From NCBI GenBank assembly GCA_965204565.1, contig CBDBEU010000005.1, forward strand, positions 442,200 to 506,199: a DNA stretch of 64,000 nt, written 5' to 3'. Below are positions 38,164 to 48,138 of the stretch, piece by piece; the stretch's first letter is position 1, and each line of letters starts with the position of its first letter. This DNA comes from Hyphomicrobiales bacterium (GTDB lineage Bacteria; Pseudomonadota; Alphaproteobacteria; Rhizobiales; TMED25). A program made the position numbers and the translations under genes. The notes under the pieces were generated by a model. It did not search any database and was not told where the DNA came from. It was given only the letters and a program-made list of their open reading frames with translations.

Positions 38164-39144
38164 ATGACACATATTGCGATTTCAGAACCCGGTGGACCGG
38201 AGGTACTGATCGCCGAAACCATGGCCGTGCCCGAACCGGGAGCCAATGAAATCCTGATCAAGGTCGAGGCAGCCGGGGTTAACCGGCCTGACATTGTGCA
38301 ACGCCAGGGTCACTATCCGCCGCCTCCCGGCGCATCGTTGACGCCAGGTCTTGAGGTCGCAGGCGAGATTGTGGCGCTAGGGCCCGAAGCACAGCGCTAT
38401 GAGACCGATGCCCGCGTGACAGCGTTGGTCGCTGGCGGCGGCTATGCAGAATATTGCATTGCCCATGAAGATTCAGCACTGCGCATCCCGGAGCCCTTGT
38501 CGATTGTCGGGGCTGCGGCCCTGCCTGAGACCTTTTTCACCGTTTGGACCAATGTGTTCGATCGTGGCGGACTTTGCGAGGGTGAGACATTTCTGGTTCA
38601 TGGCGGCTCCAGCGGCATCGGAACCACTGCCATTCAATTGGCCCATCATTTCGGCGCACGGGTGTTTGCCACCGCCGGATCGGCCGAAAAATGCAGACGA
38701 TGTGAGGAGCTGGGAGCGTTACGCGCAATCAATTACCGGGAAGAGGATTTCGTTGTGGTGATCAAGGAAGAGACCGGCGGGCGCGGTGCTGATCTGATTC
38801 TCGATATGGTTGGCGGTGATTACGCGCCACGCAACTATTCGGCAGCAGCTCGAGGCGGACGCATCGTACAGATCGCCTTTCTGCGTGGCGCAAAGGCAGA
38901 GATCGATTTAGCAAGGTTGATGCTCAGGCAACTCACCCATACAGGCTCAACCTTACGCGCGCGCACCCCGGCACAGAAGTCAGCGATTGCGCGCGCGCTT
39001 GAAGATCGTGTATGGCCGCTGCTCGATCAGGGTCTGATCGCGCCGGTGATCGACTCCACCTTCGCGCTTGGCGATGCGGCCAAGGCACATGAGCGCATGG
39101 AAGCTGGTGAACATTTCGGCAAGATCATGCTCAAGGTTTCATGA
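38164..39144 (+). CDS. NAD(P)H:quinone oxidoreductase (MDR/zeta-crystallin family)
   Basis: 'EPGANEILIKVEAAGVNRPD', 'HGGSSGIGTTAIQLA', 'GKIML'. The start is taken at the Met of 'MTHIAISEPGG'. Confidence 0.87.
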   Translation: MTHIAISEPGGPEVLIAETMAVPEPGANEILIKVEAAGVNRPDIVQRQGHYPPPPGASLTPGLEVAGEIVALGPEAQRYETDARVTALVAGGGYAEYCIAHEDSALRIPEPLSIVGAAALPETFFTVWTNVFDRGGLCEGETFLVHGGSSGIGTTAIQLAHHFGARVFATAGSAEKCRRCEELGALRAINYREEDFVVVIKEETGGRGADLILDMVGGDYAPRNYSAAARGGRIVQIAFLRGAKAEIDLARLMLRQLTHTGSTLRARTPAQKSAIARALEDRVWPLLDQGLIAPVIDSTFALGDAAKAHERMEAGEHFGKIMLKVS

Positions 39145-39245
39145 GCACGATTGTTTCGCATGCGGTAATGCCTACATTCATGCGATCATCGACAAGCTGA
39201 ATACCATTCCCGTTGTGGCTTAACGACGGAGCAAAGGAGATCACC

Positions 39246-40094
39246 ATGGCGCAAGCGCCACTGATGCCAAAGGCAACAGCCGTCTGGCTGGTTGAGAACA
39301 CATCGCTCACATTCGAGCAGATCGCGCAATTCTGCCAGCTCCATGAGCTGGAAGTAAAAGGCATCGCCGATGGCGACGTCGCGCAGGGAATTCGCGGTAT
39401 GGACCCGGTGGGTTCGGGCCAACTCACACGTGCTGAGCTTGAAGCCGGTCAAGCCGATCCCGGCTACCAGCTCAAGATCGCCCAGTCGAAGGTCGAAATC
39501 CCTGAGGTCAAGACCAAAAAGGGGCCAAAATATACGCCCCTCTCGCGCCGTCAGGATCGGCCGGCGGCAATCGCATGGCTTGTTCGCAACCACCCTGAAT
39601 TGCGGAATTCGGAAATCATCAAGTTGGTTGGCACCACCAAGCCGACAATCCAGGCCATTCGAGACCGTACCCACTGGAACAGCAGCAATATCCAGCCGCA
39701 AGACCCGGTAACGCTTGGCCTGTGCTGCCAGATCGAGCTCGACGCAGTGGTGCGCAAGGCAAGAACGCGGATAGAGAAAGAGACCGGAGAGAAGATCGGT
39801 ACCCTGATGCCAACCGCAGACACCATCGCGCCGGCGAGAATTGCAGAAGCACCAGCGGAAGAGGGTGAAGGCGAACGCGTTCCCCAGGCAGCGGACGTCT
39901 TTGCGCCGCGTCAGGATGAGCCAGCGCCAGAGCCCGCAGCGACAGAGGATGAGGAATCACCCATTGATGCCGATTCGGTTTTCGCCAAGCTTGCGGTGCT
40001 TACAAAGTCTGGTGAGGAAGCCGATGGTGAGAGCCATGATGATGATGCCGAGCCAGAACAGATGGATCAGTCATCTGATCGGTCGAGAGGCTGA
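39246..40094 (+). CDS. DUF1013-family protein (TrcR-like) with an acidic C-terminal tail
   Basis: '[43 protein letters not shown]...[32 protein letters not shown]'. AAAGGAG precedes the ATG. Confidence 0.82.
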   Translation: MAQAPLMPKATAVWLVENTSLTFEQIAQFCQLHELEVKGIADGDVAQGIRGMDPVGSGQLTRAELEAGQADPGYQLKIAQSKVEIPEVKTKKGPKYTPLSRRQDRPAAIAWLVRNHPELRNSEIIKLVGTTKPTIQAIRDRTHWNSSNIQPQDPVTLGLCCQIELDAVVRKARTRIEKETGEKIGTLMPTADTIAPARIAEAPAEEGEGERVPQAADVFAPRQDEPAPEPAATEDEESPIDADSVFAKLAVLTKSGEEADGESHDDDAEPEQMDQSSDRSRG

Positions 40095-40863
40095 ACGGTA
40101 TAGTTGAGCGCCAATCGGCCACCATCAGCGTAGATGGTCTGGCCGGTGATGTAACGCGCATCAGGTGAGACCAGGAAGGCCACGATCGAAGCGACCTCAT
40201 CGGGTTCGCCAATTCTGAGAAGCGGGGTGCGCGACAGGATCTTGTTGCGCGCCTCTTCATCGTCAGCGACTGACCGCAACAGATCAGTCATTATGCTGCC
40301 CGGTCCCACAGCGTTGACGCGAATGCCGTGGGGAGCCAAAGCCAGCGCCATCACATTGGTCAATTGCCTGACACCACCCTTGGATACCGAATAGGAAATG
40401 TGGTTGGCAATCGCGACCACGGCATTGATCGACGACATATTGACGATGGTGCCGGGCTCGCGGCCTTCAGTGATCTGCTCGACCATTTGCCGCCCCACCA
40501 TCTGGCCGGTGATGAACGAGCCCTTGAGATTGACCTTGAGCACCCGGTCAAAATCGTCTTCCGCAAGGTCTAAAAAGTCCGCAGCATGAACAATGCCAGC
40601 ATTGTTGATAAGTATGTCGACCGCACCGAACCGCTCAACCGCGCCGCGTACCATATTGGAAACATCGAGCCGCTCGCCAACATCGCAGCGGAAAAATTCC
40701 ACTTCCCCGCCTTTGATATCGTCTCAACGGCGTGTGCACCAGCGTCCTCGTCTATATCGGCGATCACCACCATCGCGCCGTCGAGTGACAGGCGTTGGGC
40801 GCAGGCAAAGCCAATTCCCCGTGCGCCACCGGTGACGATTGCAGCCTTGCCATCAAGCGCCAT
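40067..40863 (-). pseudogene. SDR-family oxidoreductase (FabG-like) with one frameshift
   Basis: 'KAAIVTGGARGIGFA' (ORF 40570-40863), then the frame changes before '[11 protein letters not shown]...NNAG...YSVSKGG...' (ORF 40067-40702). The shift is near 'GAGACGATATCAAAGG', which is not a homopolymer. Confidence 0.8.
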
Positions 40864-40940
40864 GAAATCTCCGATCCGCCTGAATGCTTGACCACCAATC
40901 TAGCGCAAGACAAGCCGACGCGAAATCAGTGGCCCAGCGC

Positions 40941-42848
40941 TTAGCTAGCCATCCCGCATGTCTTCATCACTTCCTTGATTTCATCCAGAATTACCGGGTC
41001 ATCGATGGTAGCCGGCACCTTGTAGTCCACGCCGTCACCAATGGCGCGCATGGTGGCACGCAATATCTTGCCAGACCGGGTCTTGGGCAGGCGCGGTACT
41101 GTCATGGCGAGCCGGAATGCGGCAACCGGTCCGATGCGCTCGCGGATCAATTGGACGGACTCTTTCTCGATCTCGGCCGGATCGCGGTTGACGCCGGAGT
41201 TAATCACCAAGAATCCGACCGGCACCTGGCCCTTGAGTTGATCGGCCAGGCCAACCACAGCGCATTCGGCAACATCGGCGTGGCTTGCCAGCACCTCTTC
41301 CATGACGCCGGTCGACAGGCGATGGCCAGCGACGTTGATGATATCGTCGGTGCGCGCCATGACGAACAGATAACCATCCTCGTCGGCATAACCGGCATCT
41401 GACGTCTCATAGTGGCCAGGAAAGGTGTTCAGGTAGCTATCCTCGAAGCGCGCATCGTTGTTCCACAGGGTTGGCAGGCAACTCGGCGGCAAAGGCAGGC
41501 GGATGGTGATGGCGCCGATAGTGCCGGGCGCCACCTCTTCTCCAGCCTCGTCGAGTATGCGCAAATCGTATCCCGGCATAGCGACGCCAGGTGATCCGTG
41601 TTTCACCGGCAGGGCACCAAGTCCCAGCGGATTGGCGGTGATCGACCATCCGGTTTCGGTCTGCCACCAATGGTCGATCACCGGAACGCCGAGCTTGTCC
41701 TCGGCCCATTGGATGGTCGGCGGATCGCCGCGCTCGCCTGCAAGAAACAGGGCGCGAAAACCTTCCAGATCATAGTCGGCGATCTTCGTGCCTGCCGGGT
41801 CTTCCTTCCTGATGGCGCGAAATGCCGTGGGCGCGGTGAACAGCGAGACCACTTTGTGCTCGGACACGACGCGCCAGAATGCGCCGGAATCGGGCGTACC
41901 GACAGGCTTTCCTTCATACAGAATACTGGTCGCACCATGCAGCAGCGGCGCATAGACGATGTAGGAATGGCCAACCACCCAACCGACATCCGATGCCGCC
42001 CAGAACACCTCGCCCGGCTCAACGCCATATATGTTCGGCATCGACCATTTGAGCGCCACCATGTGCCCGCCATTGTCGCGCACCACGCCCTTGGGCGTGC
42101 CAGTGGTACCTGAGGTGTAGAGGATATAGAGCGGGTCGGTGGCGAGTACCGGCACGCATTCAGGCGCACGTGCCGCAGCCTTGGCCGCTTCAACTGCCAA
42201 TGCCCAATCGACATCGCGTCCCACAGACATGGATGCATTCTCCTGCGGTCGCTGCAGGATCACGCATTTTTCCGGCTTGACCGTGGATTGCCCGATCGCT
42301 GCGTCAAGCAGCGGCTTGTAGGAGACGATGCGGCCGGGTTCGATACCGCAAGAGGCCGAAATGACAATGCGCGCGCCAGCGTCCTCTATGCGCGTTGCGA
42401 GTTCATTTGCGGCAAACCCGCCAAACACCACCGAATGGGTGGCCCCAATACGCGCGCAGGCGAGCATCGCGATCGCTGTTTCGGGGACCATCGGCATATA
42501 GATCACCACCCGATCGCCCTTCACGATACCTAGATCAGCGAGTACGCCGGCAAAGGCACATACTTCACCCAGAAGTTCGTCATAGGTGAAGGTACGCTTT
42601 GCGCCGGTAATCGGACTGTCATAGATCAGCGCCGGCTGACTGCCCCGCCCCGCAGCAACATGCCGGTCAAGGCAATTGTGGCAGGTGTTGCATTGGCCAC
42701 CGGTGAACCAGCGCCCATAAACGCCGACATCGCCGTCGAAAACCTTATCCCAAGGGCGGATCCAATCGATCTCTTTTGCGGCCGAGGCCCAAAATTGCTC
42801 GGGGTCCTCGTGCCATGCCTTGTAGGTCTGCGGGTACTGGCTGCTCAT
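40941..42848 (-). CDS. prpE: Propionate/acetate-CoA ligase (PrpE/Acs family)
   Basis: 'FWASAAKEIDWIRPWDKVFD...RWFTGGQCNTCHNCLDRH', 'YTSGTTGTPKGV', 'SDAGYADEDGYLFVMARTDDIINVAGHRLST', 'LPKTRSGKILR'. ATG 42848 follows AGGAGG. Assignment to the PrpE subfamily is tentative. Confidence 0.85.
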   Translation of the reverse strand: MSSQYPQTYKAWHEDPEQFWASAAKEIDWIRPWDKVFDGDVGVYGRWFTGGQCNTCHNCLDRHVAAGRGSQPALIYDSPITGAKRTFTYDELLGEVCAFAGVLADLGIVKGDRVVIYMPMVPETAIAMLACARIGATHSVVFGGFAANELATRIEDAGARIVISASCGIEPGRIVSYKPLLDAAIGQSTVKPEKCVILQRPQENASMSVGRDVDWALAVEAAKAAARAPECVPVLATDPLYILYTSGTTGTPKGVVRDNGGHMVALKWSMPNIYGVEPGEVFWAASDVGWVVGHSYIVYAPLLHGATSILYEGKPVGTPDSGAFWRVVSEHKVVSLFTAPTAFRAIRKEDPAGTKIADYDLEGFRALFLAGERGDPPTIQWAEDKLGVPVIDHWWQTETGWSITANPLGLGALPVKHGSPGVAMPGYDLRILDEAGEEVAPGTIGAITIRLPLPPSCLPTLWNNDARFEDSYLNTFPGHYETSDAGYADEDGYLFVMARTDDIINVAGHRLSTGVMEEVLASHADVAECAVVGLADQLKGQVPVGFLVINSGVNRDPAEIEKESVQLIRERIGPVAAFRLAMTVPRLPKTRSGKILRATMRAIGDGVDYKVPATIDDPVILDEIKEVMKTCGMAS

Positions 42849-43119
42849 CGGGTCCTCCTGGCGCTGACCGGCATATCGGTTCATTGCGGATTGCGCGCGC
42901 AGCAATTGCTGTCATATTGGCCGCACGCCGATCCACTTGCATATCGTACTCTCATCCCTTGGAGGAGATGGGCTGTCCGGTGCGCATTCTGCGGTCGGTG
43001 CCTTCAGTCATCCTCGCGCCCTAGTGTGCGGATCCCGGGCAATGGATTTCAAGTGTCGCACGATGCGACTTTCGCATATTGCCCCGTGACGCGGGCGGTT
43101 GCATGAGCAGGAGTGATCC

Positions 43120-44358
43120 GACATTCCCCAATTAGAACGCCATTTCGATTATGCTGCCGCTGTTTTGCGTACGGATCAAGCCTCTTGGGCGGGCCGTGTC
43201 GTGGTTCGTGAACCGGGCGCGATTTATGGCTGCTGCAACGGGCTTGAACTGGAATTCGATCTGACCGGCACCCGTCGGGTCAGATCCGTCGAGCCGCTTT
43301 CCCCGAGTTTGATCGCCGACACCATCATGCCGATACCGGTGGCGCACAGAGCCGTTGGATGGCCGCAAGGATGCGGGTGAACAGAGCGCCGCCGACAGCC
43401 GCCTCGGCCGGTTGGAACGTGATGGCTCGGGCGTGGCGGACGACCCGCGCTCCGATCCTGATGAGGCCGGTCCGCAGGCCGGATGGCGTAGGAACAGCCT
43501 TCCGCCTCCGGCGTCTTGTAGAGCTCCGGGATGGCAAGAGCGGCATCGGCCCGGAAGAACCGCATATCGCGCCAACACCGGCTTGAGCACATTTTCCCGG
43601 CCATCGGCGCTGTGAACATTGCCGGGGCGCAATGAACGGCGTTCGAAGCAGCCAAACCGGTTAAGGACGAACAAAAGGGTGATGGCACATGCAGCCGAAA
43701 TGCCCGTTCCAGGCGGTGCCTTCCTGCGCGCCATGGGTCTGCGCGCCATGGGGTGGGCCGACCGAACCGCCCATGTCCGGTGTGGTCCATTCGGGCGCTG
43801 TCGCGGCGTGAGCCCGATCAATCCCCCGATCGATCCATTGACCGAATACGTCCGCCGGCACACCGCGATTGTCGGTTTCCTCCGACTCCTCGGTCTCGAA
43901 CCGACCCATCCGGCCGGCAGACGCAGCCTCGGCATCGACGCCACGCCCTCCGACCACCTGCCTCATCACCGGATTGAGCACCGGACGGTCCGCGTCGTTC
44001 ACATCATCATATCCGGCCAATCGCCCGAAGACCGACTGCTGCAAAAGCCCGACCACGGAATGCAGACGGTTGTGGACGGTTCGCGGATCTCCGAGAGGAC
44101 CGCCGGCAATATCGTTCAATCCCGGGGTTTCGTCCAACTCCCGGAACGGCAACGGGCCACCGTCGGAACCGATCCTCGAGCCATGGAATTCCAGCCGCAC
44201 CCGCCAACCGCACCCGACTGTCGAAACCGAGCCTGATATCACCCGTTTCGCCTGCACCCTGCGGGTGATCCGCCCCCCACAGCCCACACAACATGCTGAA
44301 ATATAACACGTTACCGGCTGTCGGAGGCGCGAAAACGTCACGGTACCTAGGGAATGTG
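43120..44358 (-). mobile_element. IS1380-family element copy C (both ends present, two internal deletions, frameshifts)
   Basis: IRR GACATTCCCCAATTAGAACGCC at 43120. The IRL (reverse complement CACATTCCCTAGGTACCGTGACG) ends at 44358. Deletion junctions lie near 43482 and 43566 relative to copies A and D. Confidence 0.88.
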
Positions 44359-44563
44359 AGTCTATATCGAGGGTCACTATGAATACATGAAGATCCTCGA
44401 CAACAACCTTGCCGATGTGATGAACGGCAATATCACGGCGGCGGAGGCAGCGGCCAATGTCGAAGACGGCTGGAACGGTGTGACCGAGGATATCGGCCGC
44501 GAAAACCAGATCGATGTATGGTTCAAGGGCGTTGAGGCGGGCCTCTACGTCGACCACTTCTGA
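44359..44563 (+). pseudogene. 3' fragment of an ABC-transporter sugar-binding protein gene truncated by IS copy C
   Basis: The reading frame '...YMKILDNNLADVMNGNITAAEAAANVEDGWNGVTEDIGRENQIDVWFKGVEAGLYVDHF*' starts at the IS boundary. Confidence 0.6.
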
Positions 44564-44725
44564 GCTAATCAAAAGGGCCGATGGGGCGGCAGCGCACGGG
44601 CACCACTGCCCCCGCTTCATGCAAACCCGATGAGCCAGCAAGCAGCGCCAATGATGACCGGTCCTGAAGGGGGGCGGCCCCGGGGCGTGTTGGCGCGGCT
44701 GAGCCGCTGACTTGGCCAGGAGCGG

Positions 44726-45610
44726 GTGTTTCGCTGGATTCCGTTCATCCTGGTCGAGGGCACATTCGTGCTTGTGATCATCATTCCGTTTTTGCTGACG
44801 GTCTATGTCAGCCTGCTGCGCTGGCGCGCCAACCGGCCGTTCGAACAGGCGTATCTGTCCGGTTTTTGCGATTATGAGCAGGTGCTGAACGACTGGGGTT
44901 TCTGGCAGGCACTCAGGCGCATATTCTACTTCGCCGGCTTTGCGGTGGTGTTCGAGTTGGTGATCGGTTTTGTGCTGGCGATGCTGGTGCATCGCGTCAC
45001 CCGCGGGCGGCGCATCTACATCACCATCTTCCTGATCCCGATGATGGTGGTACCGGTGGTCGCCGGCTACAATTTTTCGATGATCTATCACGATAGCGGA
45101 CCGCTCAATCAGTTGTTGGCGCCGTTCATCGAGCCCTTCGGCATCAATCCGCGCATCAGATGGCTTTCAGATCTGCTGGCGGCGCAATGGGCGATCATCC
45201 TCGCCGATGTGTGGCAGTGGACGTCGCTGACCTTCCTGATTTTTCTGTCGGGCTTTTCCTCGCTGCCGCCGCAATTGATCGATGCAGCAAGGGTGATGGG
45301 CGCCAGCCGTCGGCAGATCTTCTGGTGGATCAAGCTGCCGCTCTTGAAGCCGGTGATCGCGGTGGTGATTCGCTCGATGGAGGCGCTGAAGCTGTTCGAT
45401 CCGGTAGTGCTCTTGACCTTTGGCAGGCCCGGCACCTCGACCCAGACGGTTGCCTATTATCTGTGGGAGCAGGTCTGGCAATTCAACAAATACTCGTTTG
45501 GCGCTGCGACCTCGATCCTGCTGTTGATCCTGTTCTCGGTGCTGATCTTCACCGACATCTGGCTATTGATGCGCCAGCGCGAGGTGGTTGAGCGGGAGCG
45601 CATATCGTGA
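44726..45610 (+). CDS. Carbohydrate ABC transporter permease (MalF/UgpA type)
   Basis: Polytopic ORF with the EAA-type loop 'IDAARVMGASRRQIFWWIKLPLLKP'. Confidence 0.78.
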   Translation: MFRWIPFILVEGTFVLVIIIPFLLTVYVSLLRWRANRPFEQAYLSGFCDYEQVLNDWGFWQALRRIFYFAGFAVVFELVIGFVLAMLVHRVTRGRRIYITIFLIPMMVVPVVAGYNFSMIYHDSGPLNQLLAPFIEPFGINPRIRWLSDLLAAQWAIILADVWQWTSLTFLIFLSGFSSLPPQLIDAARVMGASRRQIFWWIKLPLLKPVIAVVIRSMEALKLFDPVVLLTFGRPGTSTQTVAYYLWEQVWQFNKYSFGAATSILLLILFSVLIFTDIWLLMRQREVVERERIS

Positions 45611-45613
45611 GCG

Positions 45614-46294
45614 ATGAGATCAAATCGCAGCACGCACGCCGACTCGGTGATGATCTGCACCATCTCGTCGTTGATCGCGCTGTTCATGGTCACGTTCCTC
45701 TCCTATGCGATCTCGCGCTTCAATGTCGGCGGATCGAAGTTCCGCCATATGGTGCTTTTGGTGCGCATAATCCCGCCAATCGTGATCGCCATTTCGCTGC
45801 TCATGTATTACGCGTTGATGGTGCCCTATGCGTCCGAAGCGGTGTTCGGCATGCGCCTGTCGCTGTTCGACACCCGCACCGGCATGAACCTGCTTTATCT
45901 CACCATCACGCTGCCCTTCGTTATCTGGATGATGCTGAGTTTCATCGAAGAGGTGCCCTACACGCTGGAGCACGCCGCGAGCATCATGGAGGCGGGGCGC
46001 ATCTACACCTTGTGGAAGATCGTGTTGCCGCTGGTAGCGTCCGGCATGGTGGTGACGTTCCTGTTCGTGTTCATTCTCAACTGGGCTGAATTCCTGTTGG
46101 CGCTGACGCTCACGCATCCGGATATCTCAACGCTTCCAGTGCTCTTGAACAAGTTCCAGAGCGCATCTGAAGACCGGCTTTATGGCCCGCAGGCAGCGAT
46201 CGGCACGGTGATCACCATCCCGGCGGTGGTGCTTGGCTTTTTGATCCAGAAGCATCTGGTCATGGGCTTCAGCTTCGGCATGATCAGGCGGTAA
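45614..46294 (+). CDS. Carbohydrate ABC transporter permease (MalG/UgpE type), apparently lacking the N-terminal TM1 region
   Basis: '[23 protein letters not shown]' EAA loop. Only about 10 residues precede the segment that normally follows TM1 and the first loop. 226 aa versus about 275 typical. Confidence 0.65.
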   Translation: MRSNRSTHADSVMICTISSLIALFMVTFLSYAISRFNVGGSKFRHMVLLVRIIPPIVIAISLLMYYALMVPYASEAVFGMRLSLFDTRTGMNLLYLTITLPFVIWMMLSFIEEVPYTLEHAASIMEAGRIYTLWKIVLPLVASGMVVTFLFVFILNWAEFLLALTLTHPDISTLPVLLNKFQSASEDRLYGPQAAIGTVITIPAVVLGFLIQKHLVMGFSFGMIRR

Positions 46295-46304
46295 GGAGGC
46301 CGCA

Positions 46305-47254
46305 GTGGCGCAAATCATTCTTGAAAGTCTGATCAAGCAGTTTGGCAGCTTCACTGCGGTCAAGGGCATTGATCTGGAGGTCCGCGACGGCGAGTTTCTG
46401 ATCATGGTCGGGCCGTCTGGCTGCGGCAAGACGACGACGCTCAACATGATCTCCGGCCTTGTCATGCCGACCAGCGGCGAGATCACCATTGGCGGATCGG
46501 GTGGTCACCCATACCGAGCCCGGTGAGCGCGGCCTTGGAATGGTGTTTCAAGACCCCGCCCTGTTCCCGCATATGGGCGTGTTCGACAATATTGCCTTCG
46601 GGCTGCGGGTAAAGGTGTGGCGCAGAGCGAAATCGATCCCGCGTACGCACGGCCGCCGAGGCGATGCACATTGCCTCGCTACTCGACAAGTGCCCTGGCC
46701 AGTGCTCGGGCGGTGATGCGCACCGTGTGGCGCTGGCGCGCACCATCGTCACCAATCCGTCCGTCTATCTGATGGACGAGCCGCTTTCGAGCCTTAATGC
46801 CAAGCTTCGCATCGACATGCGCACCAAGCTGAAGTATTTGCATGACGAGCTGAGCGGCACCTTTGTTTATGTCACCCACGATCAGGCCGAGAAGCCATGA
46901 TCATGGCCGACCGCATCGTGGTGATGAATGGTGGAGAAATAGAGCAGCTTGGGGGGGCTGCTTGATATTTACCGCAAGCCCGCGACCCGGTTTGTCGCCG
47001 GGTTTTTCGGCATGCCGACGATGAATTTCATCGAAGGCGAGATCGTCAATGGCGGCAACCAGCCGCACTTCCAAGCCGACCATCTCAAGGTCGAGCTGCC
47101 GGCAGACCTTGATGCCGATGTTGCCGGACGCAAGGTCGTTCTTGGGGTTCGCGCCGAGCATGTGCTGGCCGGTTCCGCCAAGCAGGAGGCAAGCGTTTCG
47201 GCCAAGGTCAGCCTGATCGAGCCTCTGGGCGATGCGACTCTGGTGTTTTTTTGA
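46305..47254 (+). pseudogene. Sugar ABC transporter ATPase (UgpC/MalK type) with at least 4 frameshifts and a degenerate signature motif
   Basis: Pieces in 4 frames: 'GPSGCGKTT' (46305-), 'GLGMVFQDPALFPHM' (46459-), 'CSGGDAHRVALART...LMDEPLSSL..VTHDQAE' (46664-), 'LLDIYRKPATRFVAGFFGMPTMNF' (46949-). One shift coincides with a G7 run at 46951-46957. Confidence 0.8.
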
Positions 47255-47430
47255 ATATGGCGGGCCGGGCCGTTTGGTCGCCAAGGTCGATCCCGATCTG
47301 GAATTGTCCTCGGGTGATTAAATCAGCTTCACCTTCGATGCCGCGTCATGCCATCTGTTGGACCCGCAATCAGGTGAGCGCCTCAACTGAGCGCGGCACG
47401 TCCGCCAATTATTCAAGAAAGTGAGCCAAT

Positions 47431-48132
47431 ATGTCAGATGTCTGGTCTTACGATCCGGGCTACCGACCCGACGACCCGCGCCACGGTCTGTCACCCGATG
47501 AGCTGACGGAGTTCTATCTGTCGAAACCGGCAACCTGGCTGATCCGCTGCACCTATGGCCCTGATGGGCTTGCCAAGCGCAACGACGCGCTGCCCGCCCA
47601 CATCGCCTATTACAAAGCCCAGCGTGACCAGATCCGTTTTGTCGGGCCGATCGTCAAGGATGATGGCGAGACCCCGATCGGCAGTTTCGTGATGGTCGAT
47701 GCCGACAGCCGCAAGGCGGCGGAGGATTTCATCGCCGGGGAGGGCTTCGTGCAGGCCGGCATGATCGCCAAGATCGAGATCAAGCGCTTTGTCGAAACCT
47801 CGCTCAATGAACGCCGCCAGCTTGAAATGACCCCCGATCTGTCCAAGCAATTGTTCCTGTGTGAACTGATCGCCGGACCGGATGGCGCGGAAAAGCGCAA
47901 ATCCACCGGTCCGGCGCACCACGCCTACCAGGCAAGCGTGGTGGACAGCTTCATCGCGCGCGGGCCGATGCGCAGTGACGACGGGCGCGGGATGATCGGT
48001 ACCATGTACATCATCCAGGTTGACGACCGCGCCGCGGCAGAAGCCTTCGTAGCCGCCGAGCCGATGTCCAAGGCAGGTGTTTTCTCGGAAATCAGGATCG
48101 ACCGCTGGCGCTTCGGCAAATCGATAGATTAA
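47431..48132 (+). CDS. Protein with two tandem YciI-like domains
   Basis: Two repeats of the YciI pattern: '..R...LPAHIAYYKAQRDQIRFVGPI...GSFVMVDADSRKAAEDFIAGEGF' and '..R.STGPAHHAYQASVVDSFIARGPM...GTMYIIQVDDRAAAEAFVAAEPM'. Confidence 0.72.
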   Translation: MSDVWSYDPGYRPDDPRHGLSPDELTEFYLSKPATWLIRCTYGPDGLAKRNDALPAHIAYYKAQRDQIRFVGPIVKDDGETPIGSFVMVDADSRKAAEDFIAGEGFVQAGMIAKIEIKRFVETSLNERRQLEMTPDLSKQLFLCELIAGPDGAEKRKSTGPAHHAYQASVVDSFIARGPMRSDDGRGMIGTMYIIQVDDRAAAEAFVAAEPMSKAGVFSEIRIDRWRFGKSID

Positions 48133-48138
48133 TCCCTA

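Noticed and set aside
43661-45091. 476-aa minus-strand ORF spanning the IS copy C boundary
   Set aside because: It runs from antisense of the ABC permease gene into the IS transposase frame. It is a chimera of unrelated sequences with no coherent homology along its length.
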